This document shows positions 1 to 8,981 of a stretch of 20,000 nt of DNA, in pieces; the first letter of the stretch is position 1; every line of letters starts with the position of its first letter. Under the pieces are notes generated by a model, which saw only the letters and a program-made list of their open reading frames with translations, did not search any database and was not told the DNA's origin. Source of the DNA: an uncultured virus (IMG/VR IMGVR_UViG_3300034073_001408) (Duplodnaviria; Heunggongvirae; Uroviricota; Caudoviricetes); the IMG/VR virus record IMGVR_UViG_3300034073_001408, one strand, 5' to 3'. A program made the translations under genes and the position numbers.

Positions 1-392
1 ACATGTGGGAAGGCGCAAACTTCAAGCTAAAGATTCGTAAAGTAGAAGGTTATCCTAACTACGATAAGTCAGAGTTTGATAAGCAAGCAGCGCTATCAGA
101 TGACGACGAAGAACTAGAGCGTATTTGGAAGAGCCAACACGCACTCAGCGAGTTCATCAGCGAATCTAACTTCAAGTCATATGACGAATTGAAGCAGAAG
201 CTGTATGATGTTCTTGAGCTAGAAAATGATGACGTTGCTACAGTCAAGCCAACTGAGTCAATTTCACGCAAGCCTGACATTCAGAAGCCTGCGCCAGCTC
301 AGAAAAAGAAGACAGTAGAAGACGAGAAGCCTTGGAAAGATGACGATGACGACGAAAGTCTGAGTTACTTCGAAAAGCTAGCTGAAGAGTAA
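1..392 (+). CDS. gp32: Single-stranded DNA-binding protein, T4 gp32-like (3' part; gene starts upstream of the window)
   Basis: Contains WEGANFKLKIRKVEGYPNYDKSEF, FKSYDELKQKL and the acidic tail DDDDDESLSYFEKLAEE, all typical of gp32 in T4-like phages. Stop TAA at 390-392. Confidence 0.95.
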   Translation, partial: MWEGANFKLKIRKVEGYPNYDKSEFDKQAALSDDDEELERIWKSQHALSEFISESNFKSYDELKQKLYDVLELENDDVATVKPTESISRKPDIQKPAPAQKKKTVEDEKPWKDDDDDESLSYFEKLAEE

Positions 393-395
393 GCA

Positions 396-426
396 AAAGG
401 GGATCGCAAGATCTCCTTTCTCTTTG
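396..426 (+). terminator. Intrinsic terminator between convergent gp32 and tape-measure genes, probably bidirectional
   Basis: AAAGGGGATC-GCAA-GATCTCCTTT forms a 10-bp stem (one G-U pair) with a GNRA tetraloop, followed by CTCTTT. The 5' A-run supplies a U-tract on the minus strand. Confidence 0.8.
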
Positions 427-430
427 TGCA

Positions 431-3400
431 TCAGAACATTCTAGGTCTAGTCACTGAGCGAGTAAACGCACCTGTGATTGGATTGTCACTGCGAACACCA
501 CCAGAAGACTGATTGACGATGTTAGTCTGTGGGCTTGACACATTGTTCACTGTCTGATTGATCATAGAATTGTTGACTGAAGTCACAATTTCTTTCTCAG
601 CTTGCAGAACTCGGTTCATCTCTTGTTGTTGCATGTATGCGCTTGAGACTGGAGATGAAGATGCTTGTACGTTCTGTATCACAACTTCAGGTTTCTTTGT
701 CGCGACGACAGCCTCAATTGCATTGCGTGCCATAGAATCATATGGAGAAGCATTCTTTAGTGCTTCAAAAATCTTGTGTGTTGGTATGACAGTTCCGCCT
801 TGATTTGGAACAACGATTTCTGGTCCAGCTTCACCGACGAGCATAGGATGATTGCCAGCAAACTTACCGCCAGAAGCCCAACCTCCACCGTCACCGCCAC
901 CACCACCTCCTCCTGTATCTGATATTCCTTCCATTCCTGCGATGCCGCCGCCGTCAGATATTCCAACTCCAGCGGCAGCCGCAGCAGCCGAGTCAGCCGC
1001 GGCTTGTCCACCAGCATCAGCAGAAGCAGCAGCTAGCGCTGCGTCCATAGACGCAACTGAAATTCCAGCGGTAGTTTCTGCCGCAGTTACTGAAACAGTT
1101 CCATCTGCGGCTACAGCAACAGATCCTCCAATAGCAGCAGCCGCTTCTGCCATAGACGATATGGCTTCAGCTTGAGCACTAATAGCATCCATTTGAGCAT
1201 CGACAACAGCTTGTCCAGCAAGACCGATGACGGCACCAGTAACTCCGCCGAGAATACCTAAGCTCTCAGATATTCCCATCATGCCGAGACCCATTGATAT
1301 TGCGGCTTCGCTGACAGCGGTAGAAACACCATCAGTTCCGGCAGAAACTGCATCACCGAGGCCACCTTCACCACCAATAACTTCATATACAGTATTAGCT
1401 AAACTAGACGCAGCATTATTGACAAGCAGTGTAGTTTGCTCTGTTGTCAAATTCATTGCCGTGGCATAAGATGCAATAGCAGTTCCTGTCGCAGCAGTCA
1501 AAGCGTCAATAGAATTTGATGTAAAATCTTCGACTGTGTATAGAGCAGAAGTTACAGTGTTTGCGGATGTAGTTAGACCGTCGATAACGCCTGAAGAAGA
1601 TGATGTGACTGCATTGGTAACAACTTGACTTGTATATTCAGCAGCATTAGACAATGAATTTATGTTATCTGCGAGAATTGCTTCTGGAGTATCTATATTA
1701 GAATATGCAGGATCAAAACTTAGTTCTCCAGCAGGACCAGCTCCAATTCCACGCTCTCTCTGAGTAAATACAATTTCAACTGGTTCAGTGTTTGCGCCAG
1801 ATGCAGTAATTTGATCCTGCACTACTCCAGCTTGCAAGAATTTGGTAGCAGCAATCATCACATCTGACAATGTTTCAGCAGCTTCTGCGGTTTGTCCAGA
1901 AGCATTATACTGTTCTCTAGCAGTAGCTACCATTTGCTGCGCAATATCTTGACGCTCTTCTAAACTCATCTTGAACATGTCTTCACTGAAAGCAACGCCA
2001 GAATCTTTGAGTTCCATCTGAGCAACTCTGAGATCCTGTTTCAAATTATCAAGACGAATTTGATTTCTTTCTTCTTCACTAAAAGCTAGTTGCTCAAATG
2101 TTCCCATCGTCTGCTGAAACATTTCAGCACCACCGAAGCCTTCAACTAACTTGTCCATCAAATCAGATGTATAAACTTTCAAATAGTCGGCAGACATTCC
2201 CTCAATACTCTCTGGCAATGCGAAGAATGTCTTAGGATCAATGAATCCCAATGCACGAATTGATGGTTCGGCAATCGTAAATGCATTACCAAGTCTTGCT
2301 AGTGCATCTGACGCACCCTCTCCGTCTTTCACGAATTGATCCATGAAAGGTAAAACCTTCTTGATCATGTTATCACTAAAGCCCTCAAATGCTTTAGTGA
2401 TGATGTCCATTCTTTCCTGTTCAGTTTCTTTTCCAGTGAAACTTATCTTGATCGCTTCGGCGAATTCTGTAATGTCTTTTTTTCTATTGAATAATCCGAA
2501 TATTCCTTTACCGCCGCCACCATAAGTGGTACTCAATCCCAAATTCTGAAGTAGCTTCTTATTTGATTCACCAATATCTTTTGTTATATCACTAAATGCT
2601 TTTGCTGTTTCAGCATCAAGTGCTGAAACATTTACTCCACTCTTGTCGCTTCTGAGCCAACCGCCTTTTTGTGACCATTCTTCAAACTGCTGTATATTAT
2701 TTTGACCTGTTCCAGAAAGTGTTCCCTCAAATCCTCTAGCGCCAATCTTCTTCTCTCCCATGCCAAAAACACGATTTGCGATACCTTTGATTCCTCCGGC
2801 AATTGCGCCGCCGATAGGACCAAATACAGCAGAAGCGACAGCAACACCAGCATCACCCAGTTTATCCACAAAGTTATTCATCTTATATTCACCACCAATA
2901 AGACCTTCGGCCATTTTGCCATACTGATAGCCCTGAAGAACATTTCCTGCTATTCCAGCAGCCGTTCCGAACATGTGTGAAGTATTGCCAGATTGGAAAG
3001 CAGCGCTGATACCGTCCCAGCCCTGACCAGCAGCAGTTATACCTGTGCCAAAGTCCATGACTCCTTGTCTTGCGAAATTTGGCATCCAGTTACTCATTGC
3101 CATATTTGAGAACATGCCGCCGAGTTTATTCGGCAACGCTGACGCAGAAGAGCTAAAGAGTTGCCCCCATGACATGACGTCGCCTAAACCGAACTGTTTT
3201 CCTATGCTGCCTGGTAGACTGAATCCTTTGCCTGTGACTAGAGACTGAATTAGATTGCCAGCTACGCCACTGAGTGCACCACCCATTAGATTGCCGCGTG
3301 ATCTACCTCCAGTTAGTGCAGAAACAAGTGCAGCGCCAGCTAGATTACTTCCGATGCCAACAAGTCTTCCTCCAGCACCTGGTATTCCTCCGCCAGCTTG

Positions 3401-6400
3401 ACTTTGTGCAAATGCAGGACCGCTGAATGGATCGTTTACTCCACCACCATACTGAGGTGCAGCAACAAGATTTCCGTTCTGATCGTAAACAACAGTGCCG
3501 CCTCCCGGCGTCGTTGTTGGTCTCTGAGAATCAAATCCTCGTTGAATTCCAGTTGTGACTGCGTTTTCTATTGCTGGAGTGATTGTCTTATCATATGCAC
3601 TAGTAATAGCGTCAGCAGACATCTTAGCTTCTAGCTCACGCATTCTGACGACATCGCCAGCTTTCATCGCATAAGACTGTTTGTTCGTGCCAAACAGAGG
3701 ATCAAACGGCGCTCCGAAAACTGAAGCAAGATCCTTAGTGAGAAGATCAGCGCCACCGTACTGGTCGATCATGTTTCTTGGCGTCAGTGCGATGCCAGTC
3801 ATTCCGTAGAGAAGATCGCCTAGAGCAGATTGGTTGTATTGCTTCTTTAGATCAGCTAGCTGTCTTTTCTGCGCTTCTTGTTGCTCAACTGTAGCTTTTA
3901 GTTGATTGTATTGTTGAATGCGAGATAGTTGATCACCAGTAAAACCGCCCTTGCCCGCTGCGCGAATTATGTCAGCTTCAGTTACTTTGCCTTCTTTTTC
4001 AAACTTCTGAAGCTCTTCTCTTGATTGTGTCAACGATGCATTGATTTGCTTCAACTGAGGATCAACAACTTCAATTCCCTTCATGTATGTGTTGATTGAG
4101 CGATTGAGTATGTCAGCTTTCATGCCCAATGTTGGAGCTAACGTCTCATTGATAAACTCATTTAGATACACGCCGGCTAGTTGTTGGAATGTCTGACCAA
4201 TGCCAGCTCCGTATTGCTTGCCGAAAATGAATGTCCCTAGCTGTGTAAAATTCTTTTGCAGTGTGTTAGTGAGTGTTGTTCCTGCATTGATCATTGCTTC
4301 AGGACCGAACGTACCTGCGGGTCCAGACAAAGCATCGACAATTGGCCTGAAAATTCCTTGCATCTGAGAGTGAAATTGCTCCTGAAGACGTCTTCTTTCA
4401 TTTTCATATTCAGTTAATCTATTCAAACTCTCTTGATGATTTTTATTTTGATTTTCAATGTGTTTTCTGCTAAATTCTTCATCATTCCTTAGCTGCATTT
4501 CCAATTTTTTATTTTCAATATCAACTATAGTTCTCTGATACTTCTCGCTTTCCCTTTCTAAATTGATAAGTCTTTCTAGCTCTTCTGAGCTTAATTTTTC
4601 TTCATTCGCAGCAAGATATGCGATCTCATTAGTTATATTTGTTAAATCATTCGTTAAACTTTCAATTGCAGATTCGTATGACGAGAATATTGAAATATCA
4701 ACTAAACTTGTGTCAGCAGCTTCTTTAGGTAGTTTTTTACCAGTTACAGTAACGATTTGTTTAGCAGATGATGGCGCTGAAGATGAACTCGTCGGCATCG
4801 ATGAAGATAATGCACTTTGTGACGATGCATTTTTTCCACCGAATGTTCCTTTTCCTAAATCTACTCCAGTCGATCCATCAAGACTAACGTGAAAGTGCCC
4901 ACCAGTTGAATTTGCAGATGGATTTGCATACTCATCTATAACTTTGCCGCCAGTTATGTTAGCTACAGCAGTCGCTATCGATTTTCTCACATCGTCATTC
5001 ATCGCCATGTTTTGCGGAATGACGAAATCAAATGCTAAGCCCTTAGTATGTAAACTTGCTGGAGCTTTTTCTTCGTGGTATTTGTCATTAAATCCAGTGA
5101 AACTTGCATAAGGAAATGCAGCTTGAACGCTCTTTGCGCCCTCAATCGTTTGTGGTGCAATAAATGCGCCCGCCTTTTGAGCTTGTTCTGGACCTCTCTT
5201 TGGAACATTTATTCCTAAATCTCTCAAATCAGTTTCAGTATATCCTTTATTGCCTGATCTTGAAAGTCTTGCAGTTTCAGCAGCCGATTGATTATCGGCT
5301 TTGCCCATGACACTTGGCGTAGTGTCAGCTTTCATCGAAGACAAATCGGTTTTGCTTATGGAAAGTCTTTCTTTCCATCCAGCTTTCATCTCATCACTGA
5401 TAAACTCTATAGTTCCAAATCTAGTCTCAAATCTGCTCGGTATTGAATCGATGGCGGCGGCAATCATTCCATTGACGCCCTCTGTCATCCAATTAGCTAT
5501 GCCCTCAATAAATGTTATTGCCGCATTATAAATTTTCTTCGCTGGATCTGAAATATATCTACTCAAAACATCAGTCAAATCACCTATCATACTGCTAAAC
5601 GTGTTGCTCAGATCAACACCAGCTCTGTCTATTGTGCCTTTATCAAAGGTGATTAATCCCTTCAATAGTGTGAATGTGCTTCCAATTATAGAGAATATGT
5701 CATTGAAGAAATTTGTCATGTATGCAGTCATTCTAGACTGCATACTCTCTTGACCATCAACTTTGAAATCGGTTCCGAATACTGAATTTATTATCCATTT
5801 AACTGCATCTATTAATCCACCAATGACAGAACCAATCAATCCGCCGAAGAACGCAGAGAGTCTATCCATCCAAGAAACATCTTCTTTTACTTTATTCAAA
5901 TCTTTAGCAATTTGATCAGTATCAAATGAAGCAAAAATGCCTTCTACAGCAGATATGATCCATCCAATAAATGGTAGCTTTTTCAATACATTACTAAAGA
6001 GTGGTTTAGCTTTTTCTAAAATTACCATCAACTCTGGTATATCAAACAAAAACTTAAACACATCAGTTATTTTAGTAAATACTCCAGAAACAACTCCCCA
6101 TGATTTACTGATATAAGCTAAAGCTCCGCCAGCGGCTGTAAATACTTTACCTAAGAATCCAGTTTCTCCAAACAGATATTTGAGTTCGTCAAATCCTTGA
6201 ATTTGTTTACCTAAGTCAAACATCATTCCCAACTCAGCAAAGTTGGGCAATTTGATCAATCCCATCAAGTCTGTAGCTATAAGTTTAAATCCAACAAAAA
6301 ACTCATCAGCTATTAGAGTAAATTTGCTCGTTCTAAAAGCAGCAAATAACTCAGTGAATGAAGTTGATACTTTTGTAGAAAACTCATCAGCAAGAGTAGC

Positions 6401-7423
6401 TAATTTAGATTCGCGTAATGATTTAAATATATCATCAAAAAAAGTTGATGTCTTACTTGCTACATCCGAAGATGCGCCAGCGACTTTAGTTGCATCTGTC
6501 AGTGCTGTTAGTCTATTCGATATAGATTCATTTAGACTCTTAAACGAAGATCCCACTTTGCTAAAACCAGCAGAAATATCATCCAATATTAATGAAAATG
6601 CTTTCGCTAAATTTGATTCGGAAAATACTTTAATAGCGTCAGATACTGTTCCAAAAATCTTAGTTTTTAGTTCATTAAATCCTAGCTTCATCAGATCACG
6701 AACAAAATCTAATCCTTCACCAAACATGCGAATGAAGCTACGAATTCCATCTCCTATTTGATCAAATTTGAGTAACTTACTCAACCCATCGAATTTAAAA
6801 AGTTTCTTTAGATTATCAATCCAACCACCCAAAAGGTCACTCAGTTTGGGGAATTTAATTTTTTGAAAATACTTGAGAATATCATCAAATATGTTTCCAA
6901 ATTTACTTGGAATCTTCTTCAAAAAGTCTGGTATAGCTTTCAGAAAGTCTGGAATTTTCTTCAAAAAATCTGGTATCGCTTTGACGAGATCAACAACTTT
7001 ACCCAGACCACCTTTCAAAAAGTCCTTTACTGCTTGTAGCATTTTTCCTAGAGGAGAAAGCATATCAAACAAAGAACTCTTCTTAGTGAGTGCTTCTAGA
7101 ATCTTAGCTACATCTTTTTGAATGAGTTCGAGATTAGACGCCATCGACTGAAATAGATCACGCACTGAGTCGTCATACTTTTTCTTTTCATTCTGACGCT
7201 CTTCTTCAAAGCCGCGAGTTCTTTGCTCTCTTTGCTGCTCACTTTTTTCAGATGTTTGTTGACGCTTCTCTAATCGTCTAAATCCACGCTCAAGTGCACC
7301 AACCATAGGAGTGAATCCAACAGCACCAGACATAGAAGATTTGATGCCGCTGGATACACTCTTGAGTGATGACTTGATTGACGATGAGATTGCTTCGCCT
7401 AGAGATTTTGCTTGATCAGCCAT
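431..7423 (-). CDS. Giant tail tape-measure / baseplate hub (gp29-like) protein, 2330 aa, with an internal M15-type peptidase motif
   Basis: Lies directly downstream of the gp26/gp51-like genes. Has N-terminal coiled coils, amphipathic and hydrophobic helices (KKLPFIGWIISAVEG, FFGGLIGSVIGG), SLHTKGLAFD...HFH, a tape-measure-type C-terminal motif (WASGG...LVGEAGPEIVVP..GGTVIP) and an N/V/S/Q-rich tail like gp29 homologues. Confidence 0.8.
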   Translation of the reverse strand: MADQAKSLGEAISSSIKSSLKSVSSGIKSSMSGAVGFTPMVGALERGFRRLEKRQQTSEKSEQQREQRTRGFEEERQNEKKKYDDSVRDLFQSMASNLELIQKDVAKILEALTKKSSLFDMLSPLGKMLQAVKDFLKGGLGKVVDLVKAIPDFLKKIPDFLKAIPDFLKKIPSKFGNIFDDILKYFQKIKFPKLSDLLGGWIDNLKKLFKFDGLSKLLKFDQIGDGIRSFIRMFGEGLDFVRDLMKLGFNELKTKIFGTVSDAIKVFSESNLAKAFSLILDDISAGFSKVGSSFKSLNESISNRLTALTDATKVAGASSDVASKTSTFFDDIFKSLRESKLATLADEFSTKVSTSFTELFAAFRTSKFTLIADEFFVGFKLIATDLMGLIKLPNFAELGMMFDLGKQIQGFDELKYLFGETGFLGKVFTAAGGALAYISKSWGVVSGVFTKITDVFKFLFDIPELMVILEKAKPLFSNVLKKLPFIGWIISAVEGIFASFDTDQIAKDLNKVKEDVSWMDRLSAFFGGLIGSVIGGLIDAVKWIINSVFGTDFKVDGQESMQSRMTAYMTNFFNDIFSIIGSTFTLLKGLITFDKGTIDRAGVDLSNTFSSMIGDLTDVLSRYISDPAKKIYNAAITFIEGIANWMTEGVNGMIAAAIDSIPSRFETRFGTIEFISDEMKAGWKERLSISKTDLSSMKADTTPSVMGKADNQSAAETARLSRSGNKGYTETDLRDLGINVPKRGPEQAQKAGAFIAPQTIEGAKSVQAAFPYASFTGFNDKYHEEKAPASLHTKGLAFDFVIPQNMAMNDDVRKSIATAVANITGGKVIDEYANPSANSTGGHFHVSLDGSTGVDLGKGTFGGKNASSQSALSSSMPTSSSSAPSSAKQIVTVTGKKLPKEAADTSLVDISIFSSYESAIESLTNDLTNITNEIAYLAANEEKLSSEELERLINLERESEKYQRTIVDIENKKLEMQLRNDEEFSRKHIENQNKNHQESLNRLTEYENERRRLQEQFHSQMQGIFRPIVDALSGPAGTFGPEAMINAGTTLTNTLQKNFTQLGTFIFGKQYGAGIGQTFQQLAGVYLNEFINETLAPTLGMKADILNRSINTYMKGIEVVDPQLKQINASLTQSREELQKFEKEGKVTEADIIRAAGKGGFTGDQLSRIQQYNQLKATVEQQEAQKRQLADLKKQYNQSALGDLLYGMTGIALTPRNMIDQYGGADLLTKDLASVFGAPFDPLFGTNKQSYAMKAGDVVRMRELEAKMSADAITSAYDKTITPAIENAVTTGIQRGFDSQRPTTTPGGGTVVYDQNGNLVAAPQYGGGVNDPFSGPAFAQSQAGGGIPGAGGRLVGIGSNLAGAALVSALTGGRSRGNLMGGALSGVAGNLIQSLVTGKGFSLPGSIGKQFGLGDVMSWGQLFSSSASALPNKLGGMFSNMAMSNWMPNFARQGVMDFGTGITAAGQGWDGISAAFQSGNTSHMFGTAAGIAGNVLQGYQYGKMAEGLIGGEYKMNNFVDKLGDAGVAVASAVFGPIGGAIAGGIKGIANRVFGMGEKKIGARGFEGTLSGTGQNNIQQFEEWSQKGGWLRSDKSGVNVSALDAETAKAFSDITKDIGESNKKLLQNLGLSTTYGGGGKGIFGLFNRKKDITEFAEAIKISFTGKETEQERMDIITKAFEGFSDNMIKKVLPFMDQFVKDGEGASDALARLGNAFTIAEPSIRALGFIDPKTFFALPESIEGMSADYLKVYTSDLMDKLVEGFGGAEMFQQTMGTFEQLAFSEEERNQIRLDNLKQDLRVAQMELKDSGVAFSEDMFKMSLEERQDIAQQMVATAREQYNASGQTAEAAETLSDVMIAATKFLQAGVVQDQITASGANTEPVEIVFTQRERGIGAGPAGELSFDPAYSNIDTPEAILADNINSLSNAAEYTSQVVTNAVTSSSSGVIDGLTTSANTVTSALYTVEDFTSNSIDALTAATGTAIASYATAMNLTTEQTTLLVNNAASSLANTVYEVIGGEGGLGDAVSAGTDGVSTAVSEAAISMGLGMMGISESLGILGGVTGAVIGLAGQAVVDAQMDAISAQAEAISSMAEAAAAIGGSVAVAADGTVSVTAAETTAGISVASMDAALAAASADAGGQAAADSAAAAAAGVGISDGGGIAGMEGISDTGGGGGGGDGGGWASGGKFAGNHPMLVGEAGPEIVVPNQGGTVIPTHKIFEALKNASPYDSMARNAIEAVVATKKPEVVIQNVQASSSPVSSAYMQQQEMNRVLQAEKEIVTSVNNSMINQTVNNVSSPQTNIVNQSSGGVRSDNPITGAFTRSVTRPRMF
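6909..6983 (-). repeat. In-frame 21-bp tandem repeat (42-bp higher-order unit) inside the tape measure gene
   Basis: Encodes KAIPDFL-KKIPDFL-KAIPDFL-KKIP. DNA units ggaatcttcttcaaaaagtctggtatagcttt and ggaattttcttcaaaaaatctggtatcgcttt are near-identical. Confidence 0.85.
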
Positions 7424-7448
7424 GTTGCTTTGCTACGCCTATGTGAGT

Positions 7449-7667
7449 TTATCTTCGTCTAGCTGAAGAACGCATTCTCGCTTCTTGTTCGCGAATTCGT
7501 TCATTCTCTTCTTTGATATGTTGAGCTAGAAGAGTCACGTAGATGTCTCTTTCAAATGGGATCATTTCTTCCAGTTCAGTCAGACTGTATTTATGATGCT
7601 GAACTAATGCGAAGTTCGTCTTGTAATGATTTATGATGTTCTCATGAGAGAGAATCAGCCGAAAAAA
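7449..7667 (-). CDS. gp51-like small baseplate/tail assembly chaperone frame, missed by the ORF track; probably expressed by -1 frameshift from gp26
   Basis: Manual translation: FFRLILSHENIINHYKTNFALVQHHKYSLTELEEMIPFERDIYVTLLAQHIKEENERIREQEARMRSSARRR*. The YKTNFAL.QHHKYSL.ELE.MIP.ER..Y..LL motif is the small protein that follows gp26 in T4-like environmental and cyanophages. No ATG/GTG/TTG precedes the motif. Confidence 0.85.
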   Translation of the reverse strand, partial: FFRLILSHENIINHYKTNFALVQHHKYSLTELEEMIPFERDIYVTLLAQHIKEENERIREQEARMRSSARRR

Positions 7668-8395
7668 TTCGCCATGCCTTCAATCGTTACAGATTCATCA
7701 CATCCGCACTCTGCGCAGCGCCATTTCAGCGTATGCTTTAGCTTTGGCATGTCATTGAAGAATTCTGTCAACTTCTTGAATTGATCTTGAGATAGATCAT
7801 TGACAAACTCTAGAAGTTCTTTCTTTGATGAATCTTTAGCTGGATATACATTCTCTGCGTCATAGATGTAATCAATGCTATCTGAAACTAGATCAAGCAC
7901 AGACTCAATTTGAGTTTTCTGACTAGCAATTTGCATTTTGTCTGCTAAACCCATCGTTGGATACTTGAGACAAACGCCTACACCAGTCTTCTCATCTAGT
8001 GTGATCTTGTTAGTATGATTCTCAGGCTTTTCAACTTCAACGCTCATTAGATTGAGCTTGAATTTAGTCACATGAGAGCATTCTTGAGATTCAGAATTTA
8101 CACCGCCTGGATGCATTAGTTGAAGATCAATCTCTTCACCAACAGACTTTGCGCGAAGTTTGATGAAGAAATACTCCAAGTCAAACATTGGCATCGCATC
8201 GACATCAACTTTGTCTAGTGCGCAGTTATTGATGATTTGCTTCATCGCGCGAAGCATTTCTTTTTGTTCTTTGCTTTCTAGTGCCATCAGCAAAAGTTTC
8301 TGCTCTTTCACTAGAAACGGTCTGTATTTGACTTCTTTACCGCTTGATGGTAGCGTCAATTCAAAAATTGGTGAACTTAGTTTTGGTAAAGCCAT
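7655..8395 (-). CDS. gp26: Baseplate hub assembly protein, T4 gp26-like
   Basis: MALPKL..P.FELTLPSSGKEVKYRPFLVKEQKLLLMALES, FDLEYFFIKLRAKSVGE, FFNDMPKL and a C-terminal CxxC...IEGMANFF. SD AAGGAG lies upstream. Confidence 0.92.
   Translation of the reverse strand: MALPKLSSPIFELTLPSSGKEVKYRPFLVKEQKLLLMALESKEQKEMLRAMKQIINNCALDKVDVDAMPMFDLEYFFIKLRAKSVGEEIDLQLMHPGGVNSESQECSHVTKFKLNLMSVEVEKPENHTNKITLDEKTGVGVCLKYPTMGLADKMQIASQKTQIESVLDLVSDSIDYIYDAENVYPAKDSSKKELLEFVNDLSQDQFKKLTEFFNDMPKLKHTLKWRCAECGCDESVTIEGMANFFG
7661..7667 (-). promoter_or_regulatory. Candidate -1 ribosomal frameshift slippery heptamer U UUU UUC
   Basis: gp26 ends AAT TTT TTC GGC TGA. The heptamer fits X XXY YYZ in the correct phase, and the -1 frame is the conserved gp51-like frame. 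Confidence 0.65.
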
Positions 8396-8429
8396 GATTT
8401 TATCACTCCTTTATTATGTTGATGCGTTT

Positions 8430-8981
8430 TCAAAAGAAAACATACGTGTAGTATCTATACGTCATTGTTACTGCAAATCTTTGATATGTGTCAAATTCAG
8501 CCCAGCTTAGATTCATTGGGCTAACTTGAATTGGATATGCGCTGTGCATCGTGTATTCTGCAATAACTTTATCGCCATTGCTATTTAGATGAGAAATTGT
8601 TAGAACGCCTTTTGCGTAGTCATCGTAGTATTTGACAAGACCACCGCTGCCGTTTGGACTATTATGTGAACTCGGATTGACTATGTTGTTTATCCACTTC
8701 TCAAATATTCTTCTCTCTTTCATGTCTTCAGATGCAATAATAGTCAAATTGATATCATTGTAAGTGACATCATATGCTAGTTTCTTAGTAGTGCCAGTTG
8801 ACTGATCATCATATGTCGCGACAGTTCTGCCAGGCAACTCAGTAGTTTCGCATCTAAATTCTAACTTAGATATATCATCGCTTCTACTAAAAATTGCGCT
8901 TGGCAAAGTCAATCTAGCATAGAAGAGATTTGGTCTTAGAACATTGATATTAGTTCTGAATGAATCTATGTTTAGTGACAT
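8430..8981 (-). CDS. gp54: Tail tube family protein (gp19 fold), most likely the baseplate-tube initiator gp54
   Basis: RPNLF, CETTELPGRTVAT, FEKW, YYDDY, AYPIQVSPMNLSW and FAVTMTYRYY are gp19/gp54 family motifs. Its position between gp2 and gp26 favours gp54 over the major tube protein. Confidence 0.75.
   Translation of the reverse strand: MSLNIDSFRTNINVLRPNLFYARLTLPSAIFSRSDDISKLEFRCETTELPGRTVATYDDQSTGTTKKLAYDVTYNDINLTIIASEDMKERRIFEKWINNIVNPSSHNSPNGSGGLVKYYDDYAKGVLTISHLNSNGDKVIAEYTMHSAYPIQVSPMNLSWAEFDTYQRFAVTMTYRYYTYVFF

Noticed and set aside
558..7121. Many plus-strand and alternate-frame ORFs (60-172 aa) overlapping the tape measure gene, including the Pro/Ala-rich 852..1175
   Set aside because: They are shadows of the long minus-strand gene and its low-complexity codons, with no recognisable motifs.
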